DNA of 64,000 nucleotides from an uncultured Chloroflexia bacterium (GCA_963808895.1 CAWEHL010000004.1:697715-761714); one strand, 5' to 3'. Positions 11,062-22,736 are shown, numbered from the stretch's first letter. Program-made: numbers and translations. Notes: generated from the letters alone by a model not told the origin.

Positions 11062-12356
11062 TCAGGGTAGCAAAGGCTGTCCAGCTCGGGCAACCACCCG
11101 TCTCCGACCCTCACTGGCCCCTGCCCAGAACGATGACTGGGAGCCGAGCATCGTGCCCGCCGGTCGGTACCGGCCGTGAGCGCCCGTGACGAGCCCCTTT
11201 CGTTGGAGCAGCGTGAGGGCCGCGAGAACCGTGGCGACCGGCAGTTCTGTCGTCGCCACGAGTTCATCTACGGTCGCAAGCCCCCCGAGCAGTGCCGAGG
11301 CGATGAGCGCCTCGGTCCGTCCCAGCTCCTGCATCGAGGCGCCCGCAAGGGCGTCGACGTCCGGCTTCGGCGCCCCCGTGTACCCGAGGTCCGCGATCAA
11401 CTGCGGGATCCCTGTCACGAGCGCGGCGACCGGCGAGAACTCGCGCAGGAATGCGAGGCAGCCGGCCGACGCCCGGCCGTCGAGCGGACCCGGTACGAGG
11501 AAGCAGCCCCGTCCCTGCTCGAGCGCCCACGACGCGGTGATCAGCGCGCCTGACTTCGCGGGCGCCTCGATGACGACCGTCGCGTCGCTGAGTCCGCTGA
11601 TGATCCGGTTCCGCCGCGGGAACGTGCCCTGCGTCGGCGCGACGTCCGGCGCGAGCTCGGACACGATCGACCCGCCACGAGCCACGATCGCGTCGGCGAG
11701 CCGGCGGTGGGCCGCCGGACCCAGAGAGGCATGGCCGCCACCGATGACCGCCACGGTCGTGCCTCCGGCACGGAGGGTCGCGTCATGGGCCGCCCCGTCG
11801 ATGCCGAAGGCGAGGCCCGAAACGACGGTCGCGTCGGCAGCCGACGAGCGCCGTCGCGACGCGTGTCGCGATGTCGCCGCCCGGTAACGGTCGCGCGTCG
11901 CGTGCCGACGACCGCGACCGAACGGTCGCGCGATAGGGTGGCGATGGGACCTCGGACGTAGACCACATGGGGAGGCATCGCGATCGCCGCGAGTCGGTCC
12001 GGATAGGTCGGCTCCTCGACGGTGACGACGTGAACGTCGAGGGCGTGGAGACGCGCGAGGATCCGTCCCGTCGCCTGCGCCGCTTCGACGATCCGCCCCG
12101 CGACGTCGTCGTCGATCGGCCGTTTGCGCACCCCGATATCCGCCTGGGGGGTGTCCATCAGCCGTCGGCTCGCACCCGGGCGCGACGCCTCGAGGAGCAC
12201 GTCCTGTGCCGACCCGTAGCGTTGCAGCAGCGCCGCGAACCCGATCGGACCGAGCCCGTGGACCGATGCCAGTACGGCCCACGCGTCTCGCTCGGGGGCG
12301 TATGGGTCCAGGTCGCTGGCCGGCGTGTCATCAGGGCGCGTCCCGATGCCGATCAC
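11062..12356 (-). CDS. dprA: DNA-processing protein DprA (frameshifted)
   Basis: YPDRLAAIAMPP, VAVVGTRRAT, VSGLAFGIDGAAH, FPRRNRIISGLS, EAPAKSGALITA, C-terminal winged helix. Confidence 0.93.
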
Positions 12357-12357
12357 C

Positions 12358-13929
12358 TCAGGACGCCAGCGCGGCCTGCTTCAGGATCGGCGAGCGGTAC
12401 CACGCCGCCTCCTCGAGGTGCGCGACATCGACGCCGACCGCGCCGTCCAGGTCGGCGATGGTGCGAGCGACCCGGAGCAGGCGCTCGGTCCCGCGCCCGC
12501 TCGCGAACTCGGCCTCGGCGAGATCCGCGACCCGTCGCGCCGCCGCGTCGGAGAGGCGGCATGCGCGGCGCAGCGCACGACCGCGGAGACGGCCGTTGAT
12601 GCGCCCACGATCGAGTCCGGCACGCGCTCGGGCCGCGCTGATGCGCGCACTGACCGTCGCCGAGTCCTCGGGATCGTGGCCCGAGATGAGCGTCGCCGAC
12701 GGGACGCGCGGCATGGACACCCACAGATCGATCCGGTCCCGGAGCGGACCCGAGACACGCCGCGCGTACCGGTCGACCTCAGGGATCGTGCAATGGCAGC
12801 GGTCCTCCGGATAGGAGCCCGCGAACCCGCACGGGCACGGGTTCATCGCAGCGATCAACTGGAAGCGCGCCGGGAACGTCATGACGCGCCCGGCCCGGGC
12901 GATGAGGATGCGACCCTCCTCGAGCGGCTGGCGGAGCGCCTCGAGGACGTCGCGGTCGAATTCCGCCAGCTCGTCGAGGAAAAGCACGCCGTCGTGCGCA
13001 CGGGTGATCTCTCCGGGCGAGAGGGTCGGCCCGCCGCCGACCATCGCGGCATACGAGAGCGTGTGGTGCGGCGACCTGAACGGCGGCTGTCGGCGGAGCT
13101 CCGTGATCGGCCCCTCGCCGGCCGCCGATGCGACGATCGAGACCGACAGGGCCGCGGCGTCGTCGAGCGGTGGCAGCAGGCCGGGGATGGTCCGCGCGAG
13201 CAGCGTCTTGCCGACGCCCGGCGGGCCCGTCATCAGCAGCCCGTGGCCACCGGCGAGGGCGATCTCGAGCGCGCGTCGCGCCTGCGCCTGGCCGCGCACC
13301 TCGCCGAAGATCCGGGATCGCCTCGCCCGGGACGAGCACTCGCCGGCTCGCCGACTCGCTCCGAGGGTCGCCGCGATCGTCACCCGTGGTCATCGCGACC
13401 GGTGGGTGCACCGGGCGCCTCGCGCGGACGACCGCGGCGGCCTCCGCGAGGGTCGGCGCTCCGATCGACCTCGATGCCACTCGACGAGCCGCGCCTCGTC
13501 GACGGCGCCGGCGGCCACGCACGAGGCGCTCGATGCCGCGGGCAGCCAGGGCCGCGACCATCGGCAGGATCCCCGGGACCGGCCGGACCTCGCCGTCCAG
13601 CCCCAGCTCGCCGATCAGCGCCGACGGCCGCCGGTCCGGCGCGGACCTGCTCCGACCCGAGCAGGATCCCGATCGCCATCGCCAGATCGAGCGACGCGCC
13701 GGTCTTGCGCAGCTCGGCCGGCGCGAGGTTGACCGTGAGTCGGCGCGGCGGGAAGGCGAACCCGGCGTTGCGGATCGCGCCGCGGACCCGCTCGCGCGCC
13801 TCCTGGACGGCGGTGTCGGCCAGACCGACGACGGTGAAGCCGGGCAGCCCGGGCGCGACGTCGACCTCGACGCGGATCGGTCCGGCCATCGAGGCCGTAC
13901 AGGGTGGCGGAGGGGACGACGGCCAACAT
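12358..13929 (-). CDS. comM: YifB/ComM Mg-chelatase-like AAA+ ATPase (frameshifted)
   Basis: [68 protein letters not shown]. Confidence 0.93.
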
Positions 13930-14020
13930 GGCCGCCACGCTATCGGCGGCCGCTCACCGCGGACTTATGCGCGCCTCATCGCCGCGACGAAACCGGCACT
14001 TGCCGGCGGACGCGAGCGGA

Positions 14021-15193
14021 TCAGCGCGCCCCGACCGGCTGCGCCTGTGCCGCGGCCGCCGAGCCTTGTCGACCGAGCGCACGAACTGAAGCACCGACGC
14101 GCCGAGCGGCGAATCGGCCTTCGTGAACATGAACGGCGCGCCCGAGTTCAGCGCGCTGATCGCGCCGCGGTACTCGTTGACGACCTGGTGGTCGATGTTC
14201 CGGCGCAGCGCGCCCTCGGCGTTCTTGACGTTGATGCCGGTGAACGCGTTCGAGCGGTTGAGGACCAGCTGGACCTTCTCGGGCCCGTAGCCGAGGTGGC
14301 CCATCGTCTCGAGGATGAGCCGCACGTTCTTGAGGCACGACAGGTCGGCGGTCATCACCACGAACACGGTCTCGGCCGCCTCGAAGACGCCGAGGTTGAC
14401 GTCGTCGAGCCGCTTGTCGACGTCGACCAGGATGTAGTCGTACATCGACGTCAGCTGGTCGGTGATGAACGGCAGGTGCTCGGGCCGGACCAGCTCGGCG
14501 GTCTCCGGCGACGGCGGCGCGAGCAGCAGGTCGACGCCCGAGTCGTGCTTGACGATGACGTTGCGGATGAGGTCGGCGTCGATCGACGGCGCCGTGACGA
14601 TGTCGACGATGCTCTTGCGATCGAGCCCGAGGTCGAGGAAGACGCGGTGGTCGCCGAACTGGAGGTTGCCATCGACGAGGCAGACCTTGCGGCCGAGCTC
14701 GCGGTGGAGGGCGATCGCCGCGTTGATCGCGATGGTCGTCGTCCCGACGCCGCCCTTCGCGCCGTAGAACGCCAGGATGCGGCCCATCGGCGGGCGGGCC
14801 AGGAGCGTGTCGCGCGGCGCGAAGCGCGCGAGCAGGCTCTTGATCCGCGCGAGCAGCTCGGCCGGGTGGAACGGCTTGATGAGGTAGTCGTCGGCGCCGG
14901 CGCGAAGACCGCGGACCTTCTGCTCGACCTCGCGCTCGGCGGTGAGCATGATGATCGGCACGTGGGAGCCGCCGGCCTCCTGCTCGCGGATCTTCTGGGC
15001 GACCTGGTAGCCGTCGAGCTTGGGCAGCATGACGTCGAGCAGGACGAGGTCCGGCGATTCCTGGCGCCCACAGTCGGAAGCCCTCGGCGCCGTCCCCGGC
15101 GATGACGACGTCATAGCCCTCCTGCTTGAGCGTGTACTGCAGGAGACGCTGGACGTTCGGATCGTCATCGACGACGAGGATCTTGGCTGCCAT
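14021..15193 (-). CDS. Receiver domain fused to a CpaE/TadZ-like MinD/ParA ATPase (frameshift near 15.07 kb)
   Basis: KILVVDDD, DLVLLDVMLPKLDG, GADDYLIKPF; YGAKGGVGTTT, LVDGNLQFGD, LVLNR. TATAAT at 15256-15261 and a GGAGG RBS. Confidence 0.88.
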   Translation of the reverse strand: MAAKILVVDDDPNVQRLLQYTLKQEGYDVVIAGDGAEGFRLWAPGIAGPRPARRHAAQARRLPGRPEDPRAGGRRLPRADHHAHRRARGRAEGPRSSRRRRRLPHQAVPPGRAARADQEPARALRAARHAPGPPADGPHPGVLRREGRRRDDDHRDQRGDRPPPRARPQGLPRRWQPPVRRPPRLPRPRARSQEHRRHRHGAVDRRRPHPQRHRQARLGRRPAARAAVAGDRRAGPARAPAVHHRPADVDVRLHPGRRRQAARRRQPRRLRGGRDRVRGDDRRPVVPQERAAHPRDDGPPRLRAREGPAGPQPLERVHRHQRQERRGRAAPEHRPPGRQRVPRRDQRAELGRAVHVHEGRFAARRVGASVRALGRQGSAAAAQAQPVGAR

Positions 15194-15256
15194 CAGACCT
15201 CCAGGGCATCGACGCGGGGGCGCCGGGGTCGACCGACGGCCACCCCGGCGCGGCGA

Positions 15257-16279
15257 TTATAGGTCGCGTCCCTCGTCGCGCAGATCGTCGTCGCGAGCGG
15301 CGCGGAACGCCATCCGCAGATGGTCCGTCACCCGACGCTCATAGTCCTGTCCCGCGACCGCGTGCGAGCGGCTGTGGTCGGCGCCGGGGACCGTCCAGTG
15401 CTCCGCCGATCGGCCCGGCCGCGGCCGCCAGACGGCGGCCGTCCTCGAGCGGCACGGTCGTATCGGCTTCGCCGTGGATCAGCAGCAGCGGGACGGGCTC
15501 GACGAGACCGATCACGCGGACGGGCTCGGTGTCGCGCGGGTCCGCGCCGAGCCTGCGCGCCGCGGCGTCGAACGCCCGCGCCGCCAGGAACCGCCGGAAC
15601 GGGCGTGGGCATCCGGTTGGCGACCGGGAGCTCGGCCTCCGGGCGGGCCGAATCGGCGACGACCGCGACGATCAGCGGTCGCGGCGGGTCGAGCGTCGGC
15701 GCGTGTCGCGTCGGGCTCGGCGTCCGCCGCTGCCGAGCGACCCGTCGCCCAGGACGGCGACGGAGGCGATCGCGGCCATGCCGCCCATCGACGTGCCGAA
15801 CAGCGCGACCCGGCGGATGCCGCGTTCTCCGAGCCAGGCCGAGTGCGCCGGCGATGTCCTCGACCTCGAGCATCCCGAACGTCGACGGTCCGGCGTCCGA
15901 CTCGCCATGCCCGCGGAAGTCGATGCCGAGGACGCCCGCCGTCCGGCGCAGGAACGGCGCGTACTCGACGAGGTCCGGGGCGATCGAGCCCGAGTAGCCG
16001 TGGAGCAGCAGGATCGCCTCGTGCGGATCGGATACCCAGTCCGTCGTCGCCGGCGTCGGCCGGGCAGCCAGCGACCGGCCAGCCGCAGCCCGTCACGTGA
16101 GCGGAAGCGGACGACCTCGCCGCCGAGCGCGTCGAGCTGCGTCCGGCGAGCGCCGCCTCGCTCGGGCGCGACCCGCGGCGCATCGAGCAGGCGGTCCGCC
16201 GCGCGCCTGCCCACGACGCGCAGCCCGACGACCGAGACGGCCGCGGCCGCCGACGGCCGCCGCCGTCGCGACTGATCAT
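15257..16279 (-). CDS. Alpha/beta hydrolase with N-terminal membrane anchor (heavily frameshifted)
   Basis: FRSRDGLRLAGRW, LLLHGYSG, DFRGHGES, nucleophile elbow GTSMGG, LLIHGEADT. Confidence 0.8.
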
Positions 16280-16885
16280 CGGCGGCCGACCGTCGTGCCG
16301 GCCGCCTCGAGCGCGTCGAACACGATGCGGCTCCACGTCTCGAGGTGCTCCGCGCCGGCGGCGACCTCGTCCGGCGTCGCGAACGCGCCGGACAGCTTGT
16401 CGGTCTCGCGCACGCTGACCGGCCGGCCCTCGGCCTCGGCGAGGACGACGACGCCGAGGTGGACGGCGCCGACCTCGGTGGTGTCGTCGTTGAGCAGCGC
16501 ATACGGCGTGAAGGCGGGCTCGAAGTCGGCGACGAGCTCCTCGTGCCACTCGCGCCGCAGGCCGCCCGCCAGCCCGTCGTCGCCCGGGTCCACGTGCCCG
16601 CCGACGCCGATCGACCAGCGGTCGTGGAGCCGCGCGTCGCCTCCGGCCCGTGGTCCGGCGCATGAGGAAGTAGCGCTCGCCGTCGCGCAGGACGAGGTAC
16701 GGGATGATCTGCTTGAAGCTGGGATCGACCTCCATCGCGGCGCGCGGCTCGTAGCGGCCGTGCGCCTGCGACGACCGCGAGGAACGCGTCGATGCCCGTC
16801 GGTTCGCAGGCCGTACCAGCCGGCCCGATCCGGGACCAGCGTCGCGCGGCACGACCAGGACGCGTTCGACGGTCGCGTCGCTCAT
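16276..16885 (-). CDS. NUDIX-like phosphoesterase (COG4112/YmaB-like, frameshifted)
   Basis: MEVDPSFKQIIPY, SIGVGGHVD, GLRREWHEEL, LLNDDTTEVGAVHLG, LETWSRI. Confidence 0.8.
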
Positions 16886-17780
16886 CGAGCCGTCGCCTCC
16901 AGGCGGTCGCGGGCCGCCGCGCAGCCGCGCCTCGACCGCGTCGACGTCCGGTCCACCGTCGGCCGATCGAGCTCGTCGAGCCACGCCTCGAGGACCGCGA
17001 CGAGGTCGCGGAGCCGCGTCCGCGATCGGGCCGGCGTTGGTCGCGACGATCCCGCTCCCCATCGCCGACGTCGCCCCGTGCGAGGCGGGTCATGTCGCGC
17101 CAGCCGGTCGCCGCGAGCGCCGCGGCAGCCGGTCCAGCCCTCGCGCGTCGACTCCCGGGCGGCCCGGCGACGGCCTCGACGAGCGCCGCGGCGAGGACCA
17201 GCGGGAGGTGGGAGATCGCGGCCACGGCCGCGTCGTGTCGGTCGCGGTCCATCCGCGTGGGGCGAGCCCCGTGCTCCGCGCGAGGGACTCGACCCGCTCG
17301 ACGCGGCATCGTCGGCCGGCCCGGGCACGACGACCCACGGCCGGCCCACGAACAGGTCCGGCTGCTGCGGCGCGCGTAGCCAGCTCGTCTCGCGACCGGC
17401 CATCGGGTGTCCGCCGACGAATCGCAGCCCGAGCCTCCGCCGCGCGCTCCACGATCGCCGACTTGGTGCTGGCGACGTCGGTGATGACGGCATCCGGCGC
17501 GAGCGCCGAGCTCCACGGGCCTGCGAGCTGCATCCAGCTGCTCGAGGCACGACGGGCGCGGGGCCGGCGAGGACGACCAGGTCGGCGCCGTCGATGCGCC
17601 TCGAGCGGCGTCGCGGCAGCCGCGTCGATCGTGCCGTCGCGTTCCGCCGACGGCCGTGCCCCTCCCGCTCGGCGACCAGGCGACGATCTCGACTGGCCGT
17701 CACCGGCCCGATCGACGCTCACGGAGTGCGCGGGCGATGGATCCGCCGATCAGCCCGAAGCCGAGGAACGCGATGCGCAT
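16882..17780 (-). CDS. tyrA: Prephenate/arogenate dehydrogenase (frameshifted)
   Basis: MRIAFLGFGLIGGSIA, ITDVASTK, FVGGHPMAGRE, HDAAVAAISHLP, GWRDMTRLA. Confidence 0.88.
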
Positions 17781-17861
17781 CCGCCCGAGTATCGCAGCCG
17801 GGCGACGACGTCGAGGCTCCGCGGCAGCCATCGACGCCGACGACGACGAGCACGGCGCCGG

Positions 17862-18107
17862 TCAGCTCGGCGGCGATCGCCTCCGGCCGGTCCGACGCTC
17901 CGCGATGCGCCGCTCGACGCCCTCAGGCGGCCCCGGGCTGTCGGGCGGGTTCTGGCGACGGTTGCGTTCGCGCCGTTCCTCGCCACGCCGTTCCGTGTCG
18001 AGGAACGCGCCGCACCGCGGGCAGCGACGCTCCTCGGCGAACAGCGAATCGAGCGGCGAGACCGTATAGATCTGGCGTCCGCACGACCAGCAGGCGAGAT
18101 GGGGCAC
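17862..18107 (-). CDS. 81-aa Zn-ribbon protein with Arg-rich ERR repeats
   Basis: CWSC-x19-CPRC, then [13 protein letters not shown] and [13 protein letters not shown]; GTG start just downstream of trpB2. Confidence 0.7.
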   Translation of the reverse strand: MPHLACWSCGRQIYTVSPLDSLFAEERRCPRCGAFLDTERRGEERRERNRRQNPPDSPGPPEGVERRIAERRTGRRRSPPS

Positions 18108-18132
18108 GGGTGTCGATCGAGCCCTGTTCCGG

Positions 18133-19515
18133 TCAGCCGACGGCAGGCAGACCCGCGAGCGCGGCCTCGACCTTCTCGCGCGGGTACTCGTAGTCCTCGA
18201 GCGTCCCGTCGAGATAGCGCTCGTACGCCGCCAGGTCGAAATGACCGTGGCCACACAGGTTGAACAGGATGACCGCGACTCGCCCGCCTCCTTCGCGGCG
18301 AGCGCCTCGTCGATGGCGACGCGGATCGCATGGGTCGGCTCCGGCGCCGGGAGGATGCCCTCCGCGCGGGCGAACGTGACGCCCGCGTCGAACGCCGACC
18401 GCTGATGGACGGCCCTGCGCCTCGATGTGGCCGCCCTCCTTGAGCAGGCTGACCAGCGGCGACATGCCGTGATACCGCAGGCCGCCGGCATGGATCGGCT
18501 CCGGGATGAAGTCGTGGCCGAGCGTGTGCATCTTGATCAGCGGCGTCATCTGCGCCGTGTCGCCGAAGTCGTAGGTATATGACCCCCGGGTCAGGCTCGG
18601 GGCGGCCTCGGGTTCGGCGGCGATGACGCGGTACTTGCGGCCGCCACGGAACGTGCGACCGAGCCATGGGAACGTCAGGCCGGCGAAGTTCGAGCCACCT
18701 CCCGCGCAGCCGATGATCACGTCCGGCTCCTCGCCGGCCATCCCCATCTGTTCGATCGACTCCTGGCCGATCACCGTCTGATGGAGCAGCACGAAGTCGA
18801 ACACCGAGCCGAGCGAGTACTTGGTGCCCGGGTGGGAGACCGTGTCCTCGATCGCCTCACTGATGGCGATGCCGAGTGAGCCCGTGTTGTCGGGGGTCGC
18901 GGCGAGCACCTTCCGACCGTACTGCGGTGTCGGGGCTCGGGCTAGGGACGACCTCGGCTCCGTACGTCTCCATCAGGATGCGCCGGTACGGCTTCTGGTC
19001 GTAGCTGGCTCGCACCATGAAGACCTTGACGTCGAGGCCGAAGACGGAGCCCGCGAACGCCAGCGCACTGCCCCATTGGCCGGCACCGGTCTCCGTCGCC
19101 AACCGGGTCACGCCCTTCAGCCTTGTTGTAGTAGGCCTGCGGCGAGGGCGGTGTTGGGCTTGTGGCTGCCCGACGGGCTGCCGCCCTCGTACTTGTAGTA
19201 GATGTGCGCGGGCGTATCGAGCGCCTTCTCGAGCCGGTGCGCCCGGTACAGCGGGCTCGGCCGGTAGAGCGCGTACGCGTCCCGGACCTCATCGGGGATC
19301 TCGATCTCCCGGTCCGTCGAGACCACCTGCTTGATCAGCTCCATCGGGAACAGTGGCGCCAGGTCGCCAGGGCCGATCGGCTGGCCGGTCCCGGGATGAA
19401 GGACGGGCGGTGGCGCCTCTGGCAGGTCGGCCGCGATGTTGTACCAGGACCGCGGGATCCGACTCTCGTCGAGGACGAACTTGGTCTGGCGTGGACCGGC
19501 GGCGATGGCGGACAT
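18133..19515 (-). CDS. trpB2: TrpB2-type PLP enzyme (tryptophan synthase beta-like, frameshifted)
   Basis: [74 protein letters not shown]. Confidence 0.93.
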
Positions 19516-19571
19516 CCGTGACCCTCCCGGAGGTCCCGCCGCCGTGAGTTGGTGCGGTCGGGGTGGCGAGC

Positions 19572-20464
19572 CTAGCGCGAGCGGCGGCGAAGGCGCAACC
19601 GCCCGGGCCGGACGGCGTAGGCGGCGGTCATCACGGTCATCGGCAGCACAAGGACGATGCCGCCCTTCGTGTCCTTCCCCTTCCCCTTGGCAGTGCTCTG
19701 CTTGCCCTTCGCCTTGCCGCACGGATGGTGATCACCGCCGACCTTGGAATGGCCGGGCGGTGGCCCCCATTTGGTCGGGCACGGCGGGTGGTCCTTGTCG
19801 GCCTTGGGCGGGTTGACCGCGATCTCGGTCGGGCGGGGCGTCGGTTTCGGCGTCGGTTTCGGCGTGGGCTTCGGGCGGTCGGTGTCTTCGGCGTGGGCTT
19901 CGGGGTCGGTTTCGGCGTCGGCTGGGCTGTCGGGCGCGCGGTCGGGACCGGCGTCGGCTGGGCCGTCGGACGCGGGGTCGGCACGGGTGTCGGTCGGGCG
20001 GTGGGTCGGGGCGTCGGAACGGCCGTCGGCCGCGTCGTCGGCGCCGGGGTGGGCGTCGGTGGCTGCGCCGGGCGCTCGGTCGAGACGGTGTGCCAGTCGA
20101 CGTCGGCGTGGGCTGGACCGTCGTCGGCGTGCCGCTCGCGATCGGCGCGAGCGTCGGCGTCGCCGGCGCGAGCAGCGAGCCCGTCGGGGTGGGCGTCGGA
20201 CTCGAGGGCGGCGTCGATCCGAGCCCACCCGGCGACCCGGTCGGACCCGACCGCCGGCGAGGTCGTCCCGCCCGGCGTCCCCGATGGGCCCGGCGCGGCC
20301 GTCGCGGTGGGCACCGGTGTCGGCACGACCGCGACGGGCGGCGGCGACGGGGATGTCGACCGTCCGGACAGCCCGAGCCCGCCAGCGCCGAGCACGATCG
20401 TCGCGAGCACGAGGTTCAGGATGCCGAGGCTCAGGACGAGTCGGGCGCGCTGGGCGGACGTCAC
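19572..20464 (-). CDS. Pro/Thr-rich surface protein with N- and C-terminal hydrophobic segments (frameshifted)
   Basis: [21 protein letters not shown], long PTxxPT/KPTP repeats, C-terminus [30 protein letters not shown]. Confidence 0.7.
19835..20060 (-). repeat. Coding tandem repeats (KPTP and PTAxPTPx units)
   Basis: Repeated plus-strand units such as ggcgtcggtttc and ggcgtgggcttc. Confidence 0.75.
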
Positions 20465-20526
20465 GAGTCGATCCGGGACTCCGTGGACGGTCGGACAGGT
20501 CAGGGGCCCGCTGATGGTACACGTCG

Positions 20527-21148
20527 TCATCCGCCCCGGCGATGGACCAAGGGCGAAGAGCGCGACTGGGACATAACGCGCGGGGCCGCCGCCGGTGATG
20601 CTCTCGAACAAGCCGAGCTGGTCGATCGTGCACCGGATCCGACGGTCGGCCATCGCCGTCGCGAGTCGGTCCGCGACGAGTGCGCCGGCGGGGACGCCGT
20701 CCGACCGGGCGACCGTGAGGTGCGGACGGAACGGACGTTCCTCGCCCGGCCAGCCGGCGTCGACGAGGGCATCCTCGCGTCGAGCGGGCGAGATCGCCGA
20801 GGGCTTCCGTGCCGTCGGCGATCCCGATCCATAGCGTGCGTGGACGTCGTCCCGGCGGGAAGTGACCCGGCCCCGGCGAGCTCGAGCTCGAACGGCCCGG
20901 CCGCTGACTGCGGCCGCTCGTCGACGGCCGCCGTGGTCGCGTCGAGCCGGTCGGGGAGCGTCGGCCCGAGGAACCGGAGGGTCAGGTGCAGCCCGTCGAG
21001 GCGGACCCACCGGACGTCGCGTGCGCCCGTTGCGAGCGGCATCGCCCGCACGCCTTCGACGATCGATCCGATCTCCGCTGCCGCCTCGTGCGGGCAGCGG
21101 CACGCCGACGAACAGGCGTTGACCCGGGGCATCGCGCGTCCGGGCCAT
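20527..21148 (-). CDS. thpR: RNA 2',3'-cyclic phosphodiesterase (2H family, frameshifted)
   Basis: [25 protein letters not shown] and [11 protein letters not shown] (two HxT motifs), LFES...GPARY. Confidence 0.9.
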
Positions 21149-21169
21149 CGCCGAGCCGCCTGTGCCCGG

Positions 21170-21700
21170 TCAAGGCCTCGGCGGCCCTGGCCTCGAGCTC
21201 GCGCTGCCATGTCTCGCGGTCGTCGCGCAGGACCTGCAGGGCCTTCTCGCGGTCGCTCCAGCCGATCACCTCGACCGCCTTGTCCTCGAGCGTCTTGTAC
21301 GTCGCGAAGAACTGCTCGATCTCGACGAGTCGATGGGGTCGCACCTGGTCGAGCTGCTCGATGTGCTGCTGATGGGGATCGCCGAGTGGCGACGCACAGG
21401 ACCTTGAAGTCGTGGCCCTTCTCGTCGCGCATCTCGAGACCGCCGATGGGTCGCGCCCAGACGTGGCAGCCCGTGAAGGTCGGCTCGTCGATGATCGAGG
21501 AGCGCGTCGGATGGTCGCCGTCGCCAGAGCGCGTCTCCTCGACGAACCCGTAGTCGAAGTTGTAGAAGACGGCGCTGCTCAGGACTCGATCGAGCCGATA
21601 GACCCCGACTGTCTCGTCGAACTCGTACTTGTTGCGCGATCCTCGCGGGATCTCGACCACGATCTCGATGACGTCGGGGTACTCGCCCAGGACTTCGCAT
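21170..21700 (-). CDS. ppa: Family I inorganic pyrophosphatase (frameshifted)
   Basis: VEIPRGSRNKYEFD, LDRVL, DYGF, GDGD, EMRDEKGHDFKVLCV, EIEQFFATYKTLE. End approximate. Confidence 0.92.
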
Positions 21701-21723
21701 GCCGGCACGATACCGCGGCGGGC

Positions 21724-22680
21724 TCAGGTCCCCCCGGGAACGTCGAGTCGGATCACGAGCCGGTCATCGATCGCGCTCATCCACAGGTGCTCGCCATCCC
21801 GGACCACATCGCCGCCCGTCTTGAACGGGGCGCTGATGGTGTGGCGGATGGCGCCGGACGCATCCACGTTGGTCAGGAACGGATCGAATTTGCGGATCCA
21901 CACCCCGGTTGCGTCCGCCCAGATGGAGCCGAACTGCCCGGTTCCCATCCCCGTGACCGTGTGGACCGTCTTGAGACTCAGGGGATCGACATGGAGGAGG
22001 TCGTTGCCCGCCGTCACCCAGACCCCGCTGTCACCCGCGCTGACCCAGTTCGGGGCCTCGATCTCCGCCTGCGCAGTCACGCTCCGGGTCGTGAGGTCGA
22101 CGCGAAGGACGCGGTCACCGGTCTCGCAAACGACATAGACGACCTCCGCAAAGGCGCCGAGATCGTTGCAAGCGACGGGTAGCCCGATCGCGTCGCCCAT
22201 CCGGCCGGTCGTCTCGTCGATGCCGACCAGCTGGTCGCCAGCACCGGTCAGGACGTAGATGCGGCCACCCACGACAACGAGTCTGCCCTGGACGGCGATC
22301 TTGCCGGCGGGGATCGGCTGGGCCGCGTCGTTCGTCGCTGGATCGATCCCGACGAGGTCGCCGGTGTCGCACGCCCACATCGCAGTCGCGCCGGTTCCGA
22401 TGCCCTCACACGGCTCGCTACCGGTCTCGTGCACGCGGATCTCGGCCGCGACGGTCGCGCTCCGCGCGTCGATCCGGTCCACGAAGCCCTCGGGCCGCTT
22501 GAGCCAGATCGAACCGAAGCCCGCCACCAGCCAATCGGGGTCGCTCTTGACCTTGACTTCGACCGGCGCGAATGAGTCGTACGGCTCGGCTGGTGGTGGC
22601 GTGGCGGGCTGGCCAGCGCACGCTGTGACGACCAGGGCCGCGACCCCGAACAGGCTCATACCACGGACAGCTACGCCCAT
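21724..22680 (-). CDS. Lipoprotein with YVTN/Vgb-like beta-propeller repeats
   Basis: Lipobox VVTAC; repeated G.VWV....V.RID blades; GGGAGG RBS. Confidence 0.75.
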   Translation of the reverse strand: MGVAVRGMSLFGVAALVVTACAGQPATPPPAEPYDSFAPVEVKVKSDPDWLVAGFGSIWLKRPEGFVDRIDARSATVAAEIRVHETGSEPCEGIGTGATAMWACDTGDLVGIDPATNDAAQPIPAGKIAVQGRLVVVGGRIYVLTGAGDQLVGIDETTGRMGDAIGLPVACNDLGAFAEVVYVVCETGDRVLRVDLTTRSVTAQAEIEAPNWVSAGDSGVWVTAGNDLLHVDPLSLKTVHTVTGMGTGQFGSIWADATGVWIRKFDPFLTNVDASGAIRHTISAPFKTGGDVVRDGEHLWMSAIDDRLVIRLDVPGGT

Positions 22681-22736
22681 CTCGACTTCCCTCCCACTCC
22701 CCACCATAGCGGGCCGCGTGACGGTCGCCACACGGA

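Noticed and set aside
19835-20060. Repeat array as CRISPR
   Set aside because: Degenerate codon-phased repeats encoding PT/KP, with no spacers or cas genes.
19637-21148. Apparent ThpR-Pro/Thr protein fusion
   Set aside because: The region carries several indels, and the downstream gene has its own TACCAT -10 and GGAG RBS, so read-through is most likely an artefact.
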